Shown: positions 9,102 through 19,108 of the stretch, in pieces
Numbering within the stretch: the first letter of the stretch is position 1
Layout: each line of letters starts with the position of its first letter
Source: Dehalococcoidia bacterium
Lineage (GTDB): Bacteria; Chloroflexota; Dehalococcoidia; SZUA-161
Direction: 5' to 3'
DNA length: 64,000 nt
Assembly (NCBI GenBank): GCA_011174795.1
Contig: DUEY01000002.1
Span: 11,013 to 75,012, forward strand
Position numbers and translations under genes: made by a program
Notes under the pieces: generated by a model
Database searches by the model: none
Seen by the model: the letters and a program-made list of their open reading frames with translations, nothing else
What the model was told of the DNA's origin: nothing

Positions 9102-10781
9102 CTATAGCTTCTTCTCGATCTTAGCCCACGTATCGCGCAGGGTAACCGTGCGGTTGAAGACCAGACGCCCACTGGAAGAGTCCTTCGAATCGACGCAGAA
9201 ATAGCCCAGCCGTTCGAACTGATACCGGTTTCCCGGGGCTGCGCCCGCCAGGCTGGATTCGACGCACCCCGTCACGGTCTCCAGCGAGTTGGGATTCAAG
9301 ACGCTCTCGAAATCCGCTACGTCTCCCGGGTCCTCCACGGTGAACAGCCGGTCATAAAGCCGCACCTCGGCCTCGAGCGCGTGAGCGGCAGAAACCCAGT
9401 GAATGGTCCCCTTGACCTTGCGCCCGTCGGGAGTTGTCCCTCCCCGCGTCTCAGGGTCATACGTACAATGCAGCTCGACCACTTCGCCAGTCCGCTCATC
9501 CTTCACCACATCCACGCACGTAATAAGGTAGGCATACCGCAGCCGCACCTCGCGGCCCGGGGCAAGCCGGAAGAACTTATCCGGCGGGTCCTCGCGGAAA
9601 TCGTCCTGTTCTATGTAAAGTACGCGTGAGAAAGGCACCTTCCGCATCCCCATATCGGGGTCCTCCGGATTGTTGACGGCGTCTACCTCTTCGGTCTGGC
9701 CTTCGGGATAGTTATCAATGACCACGCGCAGGGGACGTAACACGCCCATCACGCGCGGGGCGCGTTTGTTTAAATCCTCCCGGATGCAGTGCTCGAGGAG
9801 CGCAACATCGATGGTGCTGTCGGTCTTGGCAACACCGATACGCTCGCAGAAACTACGGATAGACTCCGGCGTGTATCCGCGCCTGCGCAGCCCCGAAACG
9901 GTCGGCATCCGGGGGTCGTCCCAGCCAGTAACATGTCCCCGCTCCACCAGTTGCAGCAGCCTTCGCTTGCTCATAATGGTGTAGGTAAGGTTGAGGCGGG
10001 CGAACTCGATCTGCTGCGGATGATAGACTCCCAGCTCTTCGAGAAACCAGTCGTACAGCGGGCGGTGGTCCTCGAATTCCAGCGTGCAGATGGAATGGGT
10101 AATCCCCTCGATGGAATCCTCGAGTCCATGTGCCCAGTCGTACATGGGGTAGATACACCACCTGTCGCCAGTGCGATGATGTTCCGCGTGCAGGATGCGG
10201 TACATGGCAGGGTCGCGCATATTCAGGTTCGGCGACGACATATCGATTTTTGCGCGGAGCACGCGGGAGCCGTCGGCGAACTCCCCCGCCCGCATGCGTT
10301 CAAATAAATCAAGGTTCTCCTCGACCGAACGGCTGCGGTGCGGGCTTTCCCTGCCGGGGTCGATGAGCGTGCCGCGGTACTGTCTGACCTCATCCGCACT
10401 CAGGTCATCGACATAGGCCTTACCGGCTTTGATCAACTGCACAGCGTACTCATACATTTGCTCGAAGTAGTCCGACCCGTAAAACAGCCGGTCCTGCCAA
10501 TCGAACCCCAGCCAGCGGACGTCTTCGATAATAGACTCGACGTACTCTTCCTCTTCCTTGACAGGATTGGTATCATCGAACCGCAGATTGCACAGGCCTC
10601 CGTACTGGGCTGCGATGCCGAAATTGAGGCAGATGGACTTGGCGTGCCCTATGTGCAAATAGCCGTTCGGCTCAGGAGGGAACCTCGTGTGCACACGCCC
10701 CCCGTATTTGCCAGTCTTAAGGTCTTCGTTAATGATAGCCCGAATGAAGTCGGTGGGAGCGGCTGTTCCGTGTGTAGTCAT
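9102..10781 (-). CDS. glnS: glutamine--tRNA ligase
   Basis: [18 protein letters not shown] (HIGH), [10 protein letters not shown] and VMSKR-like (TIMSKRRL) motifs. Close colinear match to class I GlnRS. Confidence 0.9.
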   Translation of the reverse strand: MTTHGTAAPTDFIRAIINEDLKTGKYGGRVHTRFPPEPNGYLHIGHAKSICLNFGIAAQYGGLCNLRFDDTNPVKEEEEYVESIIEDVRWLGFDWQDRLFYGSDYFEQMYEYAVQLIKAGKAYVDDLSADEVRQYRGTLIDPGRESPHRSRSVEENLDLFERMRAGEFADGSRVLRAKIDMSSPNLNMRDPAMYRILHAEHHRTGDRWCIYPMYDWAHGLEDSIEGITHSICTLEFEDHRPLYDWFLEELGVYHPQQIEFARLNLTYTIMSKRRLLQLVERGHVTGWDDPRMPTVSGLRRRGYTPESIRSFCERIGVAKTDSTIDVALLEHCIREDLNKRAPRVMGVLRPLRVVIDNYPEGQTEEVDAVNNPEDPDMGMRKVPFSRVLYIEQDDFREDPPDKFFRLAPGREVRLRYAYLITCVDVVKDERTGEVVELHCTYDPETRGGTTPDGRKVKGTIHWVSAAHALEAEVRLYDRLFTVEDPGDVADFESVLNPNSLETVTGCVESSLAGAAPGNRYQFERLGYFCVDSKDSSSGRLVFNRTVTLRDTWAKIEKKL

Positions 10782-10975
10782 AATACCGTGATCACCTCTG
10801 CTATTCTACGCATTGAAGTGTTATAAAATGGACATCGTGTTTGAGTCATCCCTAAAATTACTATTTCCAATTGTTCCTGTCAAGGATTTGACTGCCTGTG
10901 TAAATGTCGAATAGACTCCCACTACCGATGATGCTAGAATATGAAAACAGCAGCTAGCGATATCAACGGTAAGCT

Positions 10976-12445
10976 ATGAGCGAACGAAATGTCCGGGTGC
11001 GCTTCGCACCCAGCCCAACCGGATACCCCCATATCGGGAATATCAGGACCGCGCTGTTCAACTGGCTCTTCGCCAGGCACAGCGGCGGCAGCTTTATCGT
11101 ACGTATCGAAGACACCGATGTAAGCCGCAAAGTAAAAGGAGCGATAGAAGCTATACTAGACGGGCTGCGCTGGCTGGGGATAGACTGGGACGAAGGGCCG
11201 GATATTGGCGGCGATTACGGGCCCTATTTCCAGTCACAGCGCCTGGACATCTACCAGAAGATTGCACGGCTCCTGGTAGCGGATGGCTATGCATATTACT
11301 GCTACTGCTCCCCGGGGCGACTCGCCAAGATGCGAGCCGAAATGGCCGAGCGCAAGGAATCGACGCGCAGCTATGACCGCCACTGCCGTAACCTGAGTCA
11401 GGAGGAACGGGACAAATTCGAAGCTCAGGGTATAACTCCCGTAGTCCGGTTCAAGACCCCCCTCGATGGTGAGACCAGCTTCAATGACTTGATTAAGGGA
11501 GAGGTGACGTTCGACAACAGCACCCTCGATGACTTCGTGCTGCTCAAGTCTGACGGATACCCGACCTATCACCTCGCCAACATAGTTGACGACCACCTGA
11601 TGGAAATCTCACACGTCCTCAGAGCCGACGAATGGTTGTCGAGCACCCCGCGCCATATCCTGCTCTACAGCGCCCTTGCCTACGAGCCGCCGCTGTTCAC
11701 ACACCTGCCTATGATCCTGGGAAGCGATGGCAGCAAGTTGAGCAAGAGGCACGGCGCTGTATCTATCACCGAATACCGCGACCAAGGATACCTGCCGCAG
11801 GCGATGATAAACTTCCTCACCCTGCTCGGCTGGTCGCTGGATGACCGTACCGAGCTCTTTACCACTGAGGAACTGGTGCGCCATTTCTCACTGGAGCGTA
11901 TCAGCAAGACCGGGGCTATATTCAGCCAGGACAAGCTGATGTGGATGAACGGGCACTACATCCGCAACATGAGCCCTGGGGAATTGAGAGAGCATTTGCT
12001 GCCCTTCCTGGAGAAACACCTGCCCGAAGAGGTAAAGCGGCCTGTATCACGGGAATATGTGCAGCAGATAATACCGCTAATCCAAGAGCGGTTGACGACT
12101 TTTAAAGAAGCAGCGGACCAATTCGCCTTCTTTTTCATAGACCAGCCCGATTACGAACCCGACCTTCTTCTCGGTAAGAAGCTAACCAGGGAAGCCGCAA
12201 TAGCAGCTCTCGTGGACGCTCTGACCCAGCTTCGAAAACTGACCTTCGAAGCGTCATCCCTCGAACTGGCGCTGCGTCCCCTTGCCTCTGAGTTGGGGAT
12301 GAAGACAGGCGATTTCTTCGGCCTGCTCAGGGTGGCGACTACGGGAAGCACCGCAGCCCCACCCCTCTTCCAGACCATGGCCGTGCTGGGTAAAGACAAG
12401 TGCCTCAAGCGCATTGAGGCTGCGCTTGATAAGCTTCGCAGGTAA
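10976..12445 (+). CDS. gltX: glutamate--tRNA ligase
   Basis: RFAPSPTGYPHIGN (HIGH-like) and KLSKRHG motifs. 489 aa. Confidence 0.9.
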   Translation: MSERNVRVRFAPSPTGYPHIGNIRTALFNWLFARHSGGSFIVRIEDTDVSRKVKGAIEAILDGLRWLGIDWDEGPDIGGDYGPYFQSQRLDIYQKIARLLVADGYAYYCYCSPGRLAKMRAEMAERKESTRSYDRHCRNLSQEERDKFEAQGITPVVRFKTPLDGETSFNDLIKGEVTFDNSTLDDFVLLKSDGYPTYHLANIVDDHLMEISHVLRADEWLSSTPRHILLYSALAYEPPLFTHLPMILGSDGSKLSKRHGAVSITEYRDQGYLPQAMINFLTLLGWSLDDRTELFTTEELVRHFSLERISKTGAIFSQDKLMWMNGHYIRNMSPGELREHLLPFLEKHLPEEVKRPVSREYVQQIIPLIQERLTTFKEAADQFAFFFIDQPDYEPDLLLGKKLTREAAIAALVDALTQLRKLTFEASSLELALRPLASELGMKTGDFFGLLRVATTGSTAAPPLFQTMAVLGKDKCLKRIEAALDKLRR

Positions 12446-12512
12446 CATTTGGAGAAATCGCCAGAATCAGAGCCTGTATCTAACCAATTGCCCAAATAGA
12501 AGGCACTGAAGT

Positions 12513-12722
12513 TCAGCCGCAGCACCGACCGCCCGGAAACACATAGCCACAGGCTATGCCGATACAATCGCAGCCGTCGTCAGTCCTGATCTCAGCCAGC
12601 TCCCTGCCGCACTCAGGGCAGATAATCTGCTCAACCGCTTCACCGTCACCCTCCACCCGGGACTCGAAGACCAGGGTCCTGTCGCAGTCGGGACAGTAAA
12701 TCCAGTGATATTCGTAATCCAT
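12513..12722 (-). CDS. small zinc-ribbon protein (hypothetical)
   Basis: Two CxxC pairs (CPDCD / CPECG) in 69 aa. Confidence 0.45.
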   Translation of the reverse strand: MDYEYHWIYCPDCDRTLVFESRVEGDGEAVEQIICPECGRELAEIRTDDGCDCIGIACGYVFPGGRCCG

Positions 12723-12817
12723 AGTAGCACAGCCAGTCTGTCCCCATTATACACTATCCGGTAGCACAAAGGGACAGCTCCTTTGTGATATCATGGAGCT
12801 AGAGAGAGCCAGAGGAG

Positions 12818-13084
12818 ATGGACGCTCGATCAAGCAAACACCCGTCTGGACAGGATAAGGGCTCGAGGTACTGCCCCAAACACAGGCGTTACTACGGGGC
12901 CGATGCCAGTTGCCCGATTTGTAAATACAAGGAATCCGCCTTTAAAAAGAGGGGAATAAACGCTCCCCGCGTACAGAAGTGCCCGGTCTGCGGAGAGATG
13001 TCTCTCTTCTGGTATCAGTGCAGTAACCGCTTTGAATGCCTCAATATCGACTGCAAGCTGAAGCAATCGGAGGCTGCGTATTAG
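12818..13084 (+). CDS. small double zinc-ribbon protein (hypothetical)
   Basis: CPKH...CPIC and CPVCG...C..C motifs. An 8-bp inverted repeat sits in its 5' leader. Confidence 0.45.
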   Translation: MDARSSKHPSGQDKGSRYCPKHRRYYGADASCPICKYKESAFKKRGINAPRVQKCPVCGEMSLFWYQCSNRFECLNIDCKLKQSEAAY

Positions 13085-13124
13085 CCCGTAACCGATACCA
13101 TAATACTGCGAGCTACCATTATAG

Positions 13125-13778
13125 CTAACTTACTACATATATAGTTATCCGTATTATGGTATCGCCTTCGTAATCCGGATTTTGAGAAGGGTCTCTCGGG
13201 GTGAGACTCTCCAAGACATCCATCCCCTCGATAAGCTGGCCGAAGACTGAGTACCTGCCATCGAGGTCGTGGCGGGGTACGTACGTAATAAAGAACTGGG
13301 AGCCGCCAGTGTTGGGAACACCGTAATTCGCCATAGATAAAGCACCGGCAACATGCGTGAGCCCGCTGATCTCGTCGCGAATGAAATAGCCAGGACCACC
13401 TGTTCCTGTCCCCGTTGGGTCACCGCCCTGCGCCATGAAGCCCGGTATTACACGGTGGAATGTGGTTCCGTCGTAGAACCCCTGATTTGCGAGGTAAATG
13501 AAGTTACTGACGGTGATAGGGGCATAGCTGGCATACAACTCCAGAGTCAGATTACCCTTTTCTGTTTCAATTATAGCGGCGTACTGTCTCGTGATATCAA
13601 CAATAGGTATTGCGATCTCGGTAGCCGTAGGCTGGATGGTTGGCGCGATCTCGGTAGCCGTAGGCTGGAAGGTTGGCTCTAGCGTCGGCGTGGCTGTAGG
13701 AACCACCTCCTCATCTCCACCGCAGCCACACACAAGAAGAGTTGCCACAACTATGATCAGGAGCAGAAGCCTTTTCAT
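13125..13778 (-). CDS. cyclophilin-type peptidyl-prolyl cis-trans isomerase, lipoprotein with Pro/Thr repeat linker
   Basis: Start set at MKRLLLL with a strong SD (GAGGAGGT). Lipoprotein-like signal (LLVCGC). Cyclophilin core motif [15 protein letters not shown]. Confidence 0.85.
   Translation of the reverse strand: MKRLLLLIIVVATLLVCGCGGDEEVVPTATPTLEPTFQPTATEIAPTIQPTATEIAIPIVDITRQYAAIIETEKGNLTLELYASYAPITVSNFIYLANQGFYDGTTFHRVIPGFMAQGGDPTGTGTGGPGYFIRDEISGLTHVAGALSMANYGVPNTGGSQFFITYVPRHDLDGRYSVFGQLIEGMDVLESLTPRDPSQNPDYEGDTIIRITIYVVS
13612..13677. repeat. 2 x 33-nt tandem direct repeat (1 mismatch) inside the cyclophilin gene, encoding PTATEIA linker repeats
   Basis: gcgatctcggtagccgtaggctgga(t/a)ggttggc occurs twice in tandem. 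Confidence 0.8.
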
Positions 13779-14164
13779 ATAGTCATACCTCCTCGAAAAA
13801 GGATACAATTGAGTCACGCCCGCTGTCAATAGAATAAGGCCCCGATACCATCCCTAATCCTCATGGCACCTTAATACCAAGCACACAATGTATACCGGGT
13901 TAACACACTGTAAGAGCTACGAAAAACGCCTTTAGCCATGTATAAAGAGAACTAATGTTCCGAACTAGCTTAAAGTACTATATTTTATGTTAATTATGTA
14001 AACCTTATGTCATCTACGTTCAGAACTTGCGTTCTATCCCAGGCTGCGCCTCACCCCAAAAGCACAGCGTCTTACCATTCAAAAGCCCTAGGTGCTGTGG
14101 GAAAAACGCCCAGATTTGGCTCTCAGGGCTTCTGTCGATTTCCCTGCCTCGATTACCCCGCACG

Positions 14165-14193
14165 TTGACAATAGAACCCCGCTCCACTACACT
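14165..14193 (+). promoter_or_regulatory. sigma70-like promoter TTGACA-N17-TACACT for the tRNA-Gln/tRNA-Glu pair
   Basis: Consensus -35 TTGACA, 17-nt spacer, -10 TACACT, placed about 24 nt upstream of tRNA-Gln. Confidence 0.5.
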
Positions 14194-14216
14194 ATTACCG
14201 TATTAATCCGGAGCGA

Positions 14217-14287
14217 TGGGGATTGGTCTAGCGGTAGGACAGCGGACTCTGGATCCGTAGGCCCAGGTTCGAATCCTGGATCCCCAG
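14217..14287 (+). tRNA. tRNA-Gln (anticodon CTG)
   Basis: Acceptor TGGGGAT/ATCCCCA (compare E. coli tRNA-Gln UGGGG...CCCCA), anticodon loop CTCTGGA, T-loop GGTTCGAATCC. CCA not encoded. Confidence 0.8.
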
Positions 14288-14317
14288 CTTTTTACCCTTA
14301 ACAAACTGGCTATACAC

Positions 14318-14394
14318 GGCGCATTCGTCTAGCGGCCTAGGACACCGCCCTCTCAAGGCGGAGATCAGGGGTTCGAATCCCCTATGCGCTACCA
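14318..14394 (+). tRNA. tRNA-Glu (anticodon CTC)
   Basis: GGCGCAT..GTCTAGCGGCCTAGGAC (typical tRNA-Glu D-arm), anticodon loop CTCTCAA, T-arm AGGGGTTCGAATCCCCT, encoded CCA. Confidence 0.85.
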
Positions 14395-14407
14395 TTTCGC
14401 AAGTAAG

Positions 14408-14728
14408 GTGTTGCAGGTGAGCGATATACTTGATGAAGCCGATGCTGTGGTGCAGTGCAAAGAATGCCCCTGGTATAAGTCCTGCGTCATGCCGATGAGG
14501 TATACCGCGGATGATATTAAAAGGCAGTTGCCAGCTTCACCCTTCGCTTCAGACGATGCCACCATGTCCAGATACTTTGCCGAACTCGCCGCAGCGACAC
14601 AGAATTTCCTCCTCGAGGGCTGCCCCGTATTCATCCAGAGGCTAAGGGCCAGCCCCAAACTTGCAGAGAGAATCAAGAAGCTGATGCAAAGCTGGGGAGC
14701 GGAAGAGGAGACCAGATCCCAGACCTAG
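14408..14728 (+). CDS. hypothetical protein (start uncertain; the track start 14384 would overlap the tRNA-Glu 3' end)
   Basis: 114-aa ORF with CxxC (CKECPW). An in-frame GTG start clear of the tRNA was chosen. Confidence 0.35.
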   Translation: MLQVSDILDEADAVVQCKECPWYKSCVMPMRYTADDIKRQLPASPFASDDATMSRYFAELAAATQNFLLEGCPVFIQRLRASPKLAERIKKLMQSWGAEEETRSQT

Positions 14729-14845
14729 AGCTATGCGAACACTGCTCGTGCGCCAGCTTTTCAGACACAGGTCCGTGTCCCATCTCCGCAGCCACCGCGA
14801 GATGGTATACTATAACCCGCAGATACTCCCAGAGATGAGAGCACT

Positions 14846-15526
14846 ATGATCGAATTGCGCAATGTCTGGCGACTGTACCGCATGGGTGACGAGACCATCA
14901 ATGCGCTTGCCGGCATCGATCTGGAGATCAGTCAAGGTGAATTCATATCTATCGTAGGACCGTCTGGCTCAGGCAAGAGCACGCTGCTTAATATCATCGG
15001 AGGGCTCGATTCCCCCACCACCGGCACAGTCGTAGTAGACGGACAGAACCTGAGTAAAGCCAGCGACAGAGAGCTCTCGCTATACCGCAATAAAAAGGTG
15101 GGCTTCGTCTTTCAAACCTTCAACCTTCAGCCCACGTATACAGCCTTAGAAAATGTGGCGCTGCCTCTCGTATTCGCCAAGGTCCCGCTGAGAAAGCGTA
15201 ATGAAATAGCCAGGGATACCTTGGAAACGGTTGAGCTAGCCGAACGTCTCGGTCATACGCCGGGACAGCTTTCAGGAGGTGAGAGGCAGCGGGTCGCCAT
15301 TGCACGCGCCCTGGTAAACGACCCCAGGATTTTGCTTGCCGATGAGCCTACAGGAAACCTCGACAGCAGGACAAGTGAGCTCATCGTGGAGCTTCTGCAA
15401 CGGTTGAGCAAGGAGCGTGGTATAACCATGCTGCTGGTTACCCACGAAATGATGATCGCCGAACATGCTAATCGAGTTATACACATGCTAGACGGCCAGA
15501 TAGCCAGGTCGACAGAAAGAAAGTAG
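14846..15526 (+). CDS. ABC transporter ATP-binding protein (MacB/LolD-like)
   Basis: Walker A GPSGSGKST, signature LSGGERQR, Walker B LLADEPTGNLD. Confidence 0.85.
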   Translation: MIELRNVWRLYRMGDETINALAGIDLEISQGEFISIVGPSGSGKSTLLNIIGGLDSPTTGTVVVDGQNLSKASDRELSLYRNKKVGFVFQTFNLQPTYTALENVALPLVFAKVPLRKRNEIARDTLETVELAERLGHTPGQLSGGERQRVAIARALVNDPRILLADEPTGNLDSRTSELIVELLQRLSKERGITMLLVTHEMMIAEHANRVIHMLDGQIARSTERK

Positions 15527-15530
15527 TATC

Positions 15531-16838
15531 TTGACTATAAGAGACCTTTTACGCAACGCGTTCTCCAACCTGCGGCGCAGGAAGCTGCGCAGCTTCCTGA
15601 CCATCTTCGCTGTCGTCATCGGGGCAGCTTTGGTATCGCTGCTCGTATCACTGGGAGTCGGTGCGCAGGAATTTCTCACCGCTCAGATCAGGGCGACTAT
15701 GCCCCCCGACGTACTGATGGTCGGCTCCAACCCAAACGCATTCCAGATAGGATTTGGCGCCATGGGCTTCGGCGGTAGCCCTGAGGAAATAACTGACGAC
15801 GAAGGCAGCCCCTATTCACTGGCCCCACTGACGCCGCAAGAAATCGAGAGTGTCCGTGCACTCGAGCATGTAGAGCGAGTGGATCCCTATATAATGGTCT
15901 CGGCAGACTCAGTCAGATTGCAGAACTCAGAGAAGAGATTCCGAACACAGCTCACAGCCTTACCAGACTATTTGATTACATCGAAAGAGCTCGTGGCGGG
16001 AAGGTACCTTAATGATGATTCACAGGGTGAGTGCATTATCGCCAATCAGTACCTCGAATCCTTCAACTTCGACCGGGCAGAGGACGCCCTGGGGCAAGAG
16101 GTAGTCATACAGGTCGGGCAGATAACCAGCTTCATAGGGCTACCAACCAAGACTAAGGACTATACCTTCGAGATAGTGGGAGTAGCCGAGAAAACGCTGA
16201 GTTCGACTCAGATTATGATCTCTATCGAAGACGGCAAGGAAATAGCCCGCTTTTGGGCGAATGAGCCGGAGCTTTATACTGATGAGGTGCCACCTGCCAT
16301 TCTGCAGGTAAAGGTCGAGGACAGTCAGTACGCTGACCAGGTAGCCGAAGCAGTCGAAGACCTCGACTTGGGCGCGCTCACGTCCGCCGATGTCTTGGGT
16401 CTTGTCGGCGACATCTTCACCATAATCCAGGCTGTTCTCAGCGTATTCGGGCTGATCGCCCTGGGCGTCGCCTCCCTGGGGATCATCAACACATTGATCA
16501 TGGCTATATACGAGCGCACAAGGGAAATCGGGGTGATGAAGGCGGTAGGAGCATCCCAGGGAACAGTTCGCAGGCTCTTTACTACCGAGGGAGCAGCCAT
16601 CGGTTTCCTGGGAGGGGTCATCGGTGTAGCTATAGGCTACGGCCTCGGCTTTATTATCAACCAGGTTTCCCACAGCACCTTTCTCGCGGATTTCGAGACA
16701 TTTAATATATCCGTTTTCCCGTGGTGGCTTATCGTGGGGGTCATCGCTCTCAGCACCCTGATCGCCCTCCTGGCCGCGCTTTATCCAGCCCACAGAGCCT
16801 CCCGTCTCGATCCCATCGAGGCACTGAGATACGAATAG
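15531..16838 (+). CDS. ABC transporter permease, FtsX/MacB family
   Basis: N-terminal TM helix, large periplasmic domain, C-terminal FtsX-like 3-TM bundle. Immediately follows the ATPase gene. Confidence 0.8.
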   Translation: MTIRDLLRNAFSNLRRRKLRSFLTIFAVVIGAALVSLLVSLGVGAQEFLTAQIRATMPPDVLMVGSNPNAFQIGFGAMGFGGSPEEITDDEGSPYSLAPLTPQEIESVRALEHVERVDPYIMVSADSVRLQNSEKRFRTQLTALPDYLITSKELVAGRYLNDDSQGECIIANQYLESFNFDRAEDALGQEVVIQVGQITSFIGLPTKTKDYTFEIVGVAEKTLSSTQIMISIEDGKEIARFWANEPELYTDEVPPAILQVKVEDSQYADQVAEAVEDLDLGALTSADVLGLVGDIFTIIQAVLSVFGLIALGVASLGIINTLIMAIYERTREIGVMKAVGASQGTVRRLFTTEGAAIGFLGGVIGVAIGYGLGFIINQVSHSTFLADFETFNISVFPWWLIVGVIALSTLIALLAALYPAHRASRLDPIEALRYE

Positions 16839-16872
16839 AACCGCATCGGGCAGCGGTGAACGGGGGAAGACG

Positions 16873-17361
16873 TTGAGCGGAAAAAAGAGAGAACAAGTCC
16901 CGATCGTGTTGAAGCCCATCGCCAGAGTAAAAAACAACGTCAAGGAGACAGGAATTCGCGACTGGTCTAAGGTAGTCTCCGAGCTGGTGTTCGAGCCCGG
17001 CTTCGAGGAGGCTATAGACGGTCTGGAGGACTTCTCTCATATAATAGTGCTTTTCTGGATGCACCTGTTCGCCGGCCAAGAACAAACTCCGTTAAAGACA
17101 CATCCCCAAATGAGGACGGACCTGCCTCTCGTTGGCATATTTGCCACCCGCAGCCCGGTACGGCCCAATCCGATAGGGATTGCCGTAGCAAAGCTTGTAG
17201 AGAGAAAAGGCAATGTACTAAAGGTTACTGTGCTTGATGCCATCGACGGCACCCCGGTGATAGATATCAAGCCCTACTTTCCCGGCGCTCCAGATACCGA
17301 GGTCAAAGTGCCCGATTGGGTTAACAAGCTGCAGCGGTATACCCTCAAAATGAGCGTCTGA
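16873..17361 (+). CDS. trmO: tRNA (N6-threonylcarbamoyladenosine37) methyltransferase TrmO/TsaA family
   Basis: UPF0066/TsaA-like core (RPNPIGIA...VLDAIDGTPVIDIKPYFPG). Confidence 0.7.
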   Translation: MSGKKREQVPIVLKPIARVKNNVKETGIRDWSKVVSELVFEPGFEEAIDGLEDFSHIIVLFWMHLFAGQEQTPLKTHPQMRTDLPLVGIFATRSPVRPNPIGIAVAKLVERKGNVLKVTVLDAIDGTPVIDIKPYFPGAPDTEVKVPDWVNKLQRYTLKMSV

Positions 17362-17374
17362 GCCCGAGGCTTCT

Positions 17375-18085
17375 ATGGTTAGGCAGAAATACTCCCAAGC
17401 TGCCGTTAGTGGAACCAGCGACCGTCCTTTAGAACGAACACTGGTTGAGGTCTATCAACATCTCATGGATTACTACGGGCCACAGCACTGGTGGCCGGGA
17501 GATTCCTCCTTCGAGGTCATTGTCGGCGCTATCCTGACCCAGTCCGCAGCATGGGGGAACGTGGAGAAGGCAATCTCAAACCTGAAAAATGCAGGAGCTT
17601 TGTCCCCTAGCTCCCTTCGAGAGATAACACTGGAGGAGTTGGCACACCTCATCTATCCCTCCGGCTATTATAATGCCAAGGCACTGAAGCTCAAATCTTT
17701 CGTCGAACACCTGGGAAGTGCTCACCAGGACTCCTTGGAGCAGCTTTTCGTCCTCGACATCTGCAGCCTGCGCAGCGAGCTGCTCTCAATTCACGGCATC
17801 GGAGATGAGACAGCGGATTCGATAATCCTCTATGCCGCACGGAAGCCGATATTTGTCATCGACGCCTACACCAGGCGCATTATTGCCAGGCTCGGGCTCA
17901 ACCCGCCGCGAAACGACTACGCCGCTTTCCAGTCGTTATTTATGGAGAACCTGCCCGCCGATGAGAAGCTGTTCAACGAATACCACGCCCTTCTCGTTCG
18001 CCACGGCAAAGAGGTATGCAAAAAGTCCCCACTTTGTGCACAGTGCTGCCTGAACAGCCTTTGCCCTCGCTTATTTCCAATATAA
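17375..18085 (+). CDS. HhH-GPD base-excision repair glycosylase (endonuclease III-related, [4Fe-4S] loop)
   Basis: HhH-GPD core plus C-terminal Cys loop C-x5-C-x2-C-x5-C. Confidence 0.7.
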   Translation: MVRQKYSQAAVSGTSDRPLERTLVEVYQHLMDYYGPQHWWPGDSSFEVIVGAILTQSAAWGNVEKAISNLKNAGALSPSSLREITLEELAHLIYPSGYYNAKALKLKSFVEHLGSAHQDSLEQLFVLDICSLRSELLSIHGIGDETADSIILYAARKPIFVIDAYTRRIIARLGLNPPRNDYAAFQSLFMENLPADEKLFNEYHALLVRHGKEVCKKSPLCAQCCLNSLCPRLFPI

Positions 18086-18269
18086 GCAGGCTACAACAGG
18101 AAAACGGCCCTGTAGCCTATGTGCCCTTCATTCAGGAGAGCAGGCTGCTTGAAGAAGACCCACACTGGCCGGATGACTTGACGCCAGCGAGCAGTAGCTT
18201 TAACATAGCACAACACCCCTATAATAATGATATGTGGCATCCTATTCAGGATGTAAAGAGAACGATAAG

Positions 18270-19067
18270 ATGATAATTGTAGGTGAGAAGATAAACACCA
18301 GCCGCCGGAGTATTGCGGAAGCCGTCGAGAAGCGGGATACTGACTTCATTGTCGGTGTGGCGAGAGAGCAAGCCGAAGCCGGCGCTAATTATATCGATGT
18401 CAATGCCGGAACTTTTTTAGAGCAAGAGGCTGATTGCCTCTGCTGGCTGGTCGAGACAGTACAGAACAGTATAGACCTGCCACTTTGCTTAGACAGTCCC
18501 AATCCAGCAGCACTATCCGAAGCAGCAAGGCGCCACAGAGGGGAACCGATGATCAATTCAATTTCACTGGAAGCAGACCGTTTCCAGTCCCTGCTCCCCG
18601 TGGTCACTTCCCAACCCTGTCATATCGTCGCCCTCTGCATGTCCGAAACATCAATGCCTATTACTACAGAGGAAAGAGTCCAGGTTGGTTCAGAACTCAT
18701 TAAGAAGCTTACAGACGAAGGTATTCCCCTTGGAAAGATTTATGTCGACCCATTGGTACAGCCTGTTTCCGTCGATATCCAAATGGGAATAGCTACGCTC
18801 AATGCTATAACGAGGCTTATGAATGACTTTCCCGGCGTTAACACCATTTGCGGCCTTTCCAACGTCTCTTTCGGGCTTCCGGAAAGACACCTGATCAATC
18901 GCAGCTTCCTGGCTCTTTGTATGGCGTCCGGCCTTTCTGCCGTTATTCTTGACCCGACTGATAAAAAACTCATGGCTACGCTCCTGGCCGTTGACATGCT
19001 TCTGGGACAAGACGAATACTGCGAAAAATACATAGATGCCTACCAGAACGGCACTATTGCTGGATAA
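18270..19067 (+). CDS. methyltetrahydrofolate:corrinoid methyltransferase (pterin-binding, MtrH/MeTr/AcsE-like)
   Basis: MIIVGEKINTSRR...GANYIDVNAG is the pterin-binding (DHPS-like) fold of MtrH/MeTr. Start moved to the MIIVGEKIN Met by analogy with the paralog at 34253-35062. Confidence 0.75.
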   Translation: MIIVGEKINTSRRSIAEAVEKRDTDFIVGVAREQAEAGANYIDVNAGTFLEQEADCLCWLVETVQNSIDLPLCLDSPNPAALSEAARRHRGEPMINSISLEADRFQSLLPVVTSQPCHIVALCMSETSMPITTEERVQVGSELIKKLTDEGIPLGKIYVDPLVQPVSVDIQMGIATLNAITRLMNDFPGVNTICGLSNVSFGLPERHLINRSFLALCMASGLSAVILDPTDKKLMATLLAVDMLLGQDEYCEKYIDAYQNGTIAG

Positions 19068-19108
19068 TAGCCATCCTTTTCCATTTGTACAGAAAAAGTT
19101 AAAGGGGG

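Noticed and set aside
14092-14301. 69-aa plus-strand ORF
   Set aside because: It overlaps the tRNA-Gln gene and its promoter, so it is not credible as a CDS.
14384-14394. ATG start for the hypothetical gene overlapping the tRNA-Glu 3' end
   Set aside because: A start inside a tRNA is implausible. A downstream GTG start was used instead, with low confidence.
18086-18233. 8-bp stem hairpin AGGCTACA...TGTAGCCT after the endonuclease III-like gene as an intrinsic terminator
   Set aside because: There is no U-run after the stem, and the loop is long (15 nt). It may be a weak structure only. A TTGACG-N17-TAACAT promoter candidate for the methyltransferase operon follows, but this is not strong enough to list as a feature.
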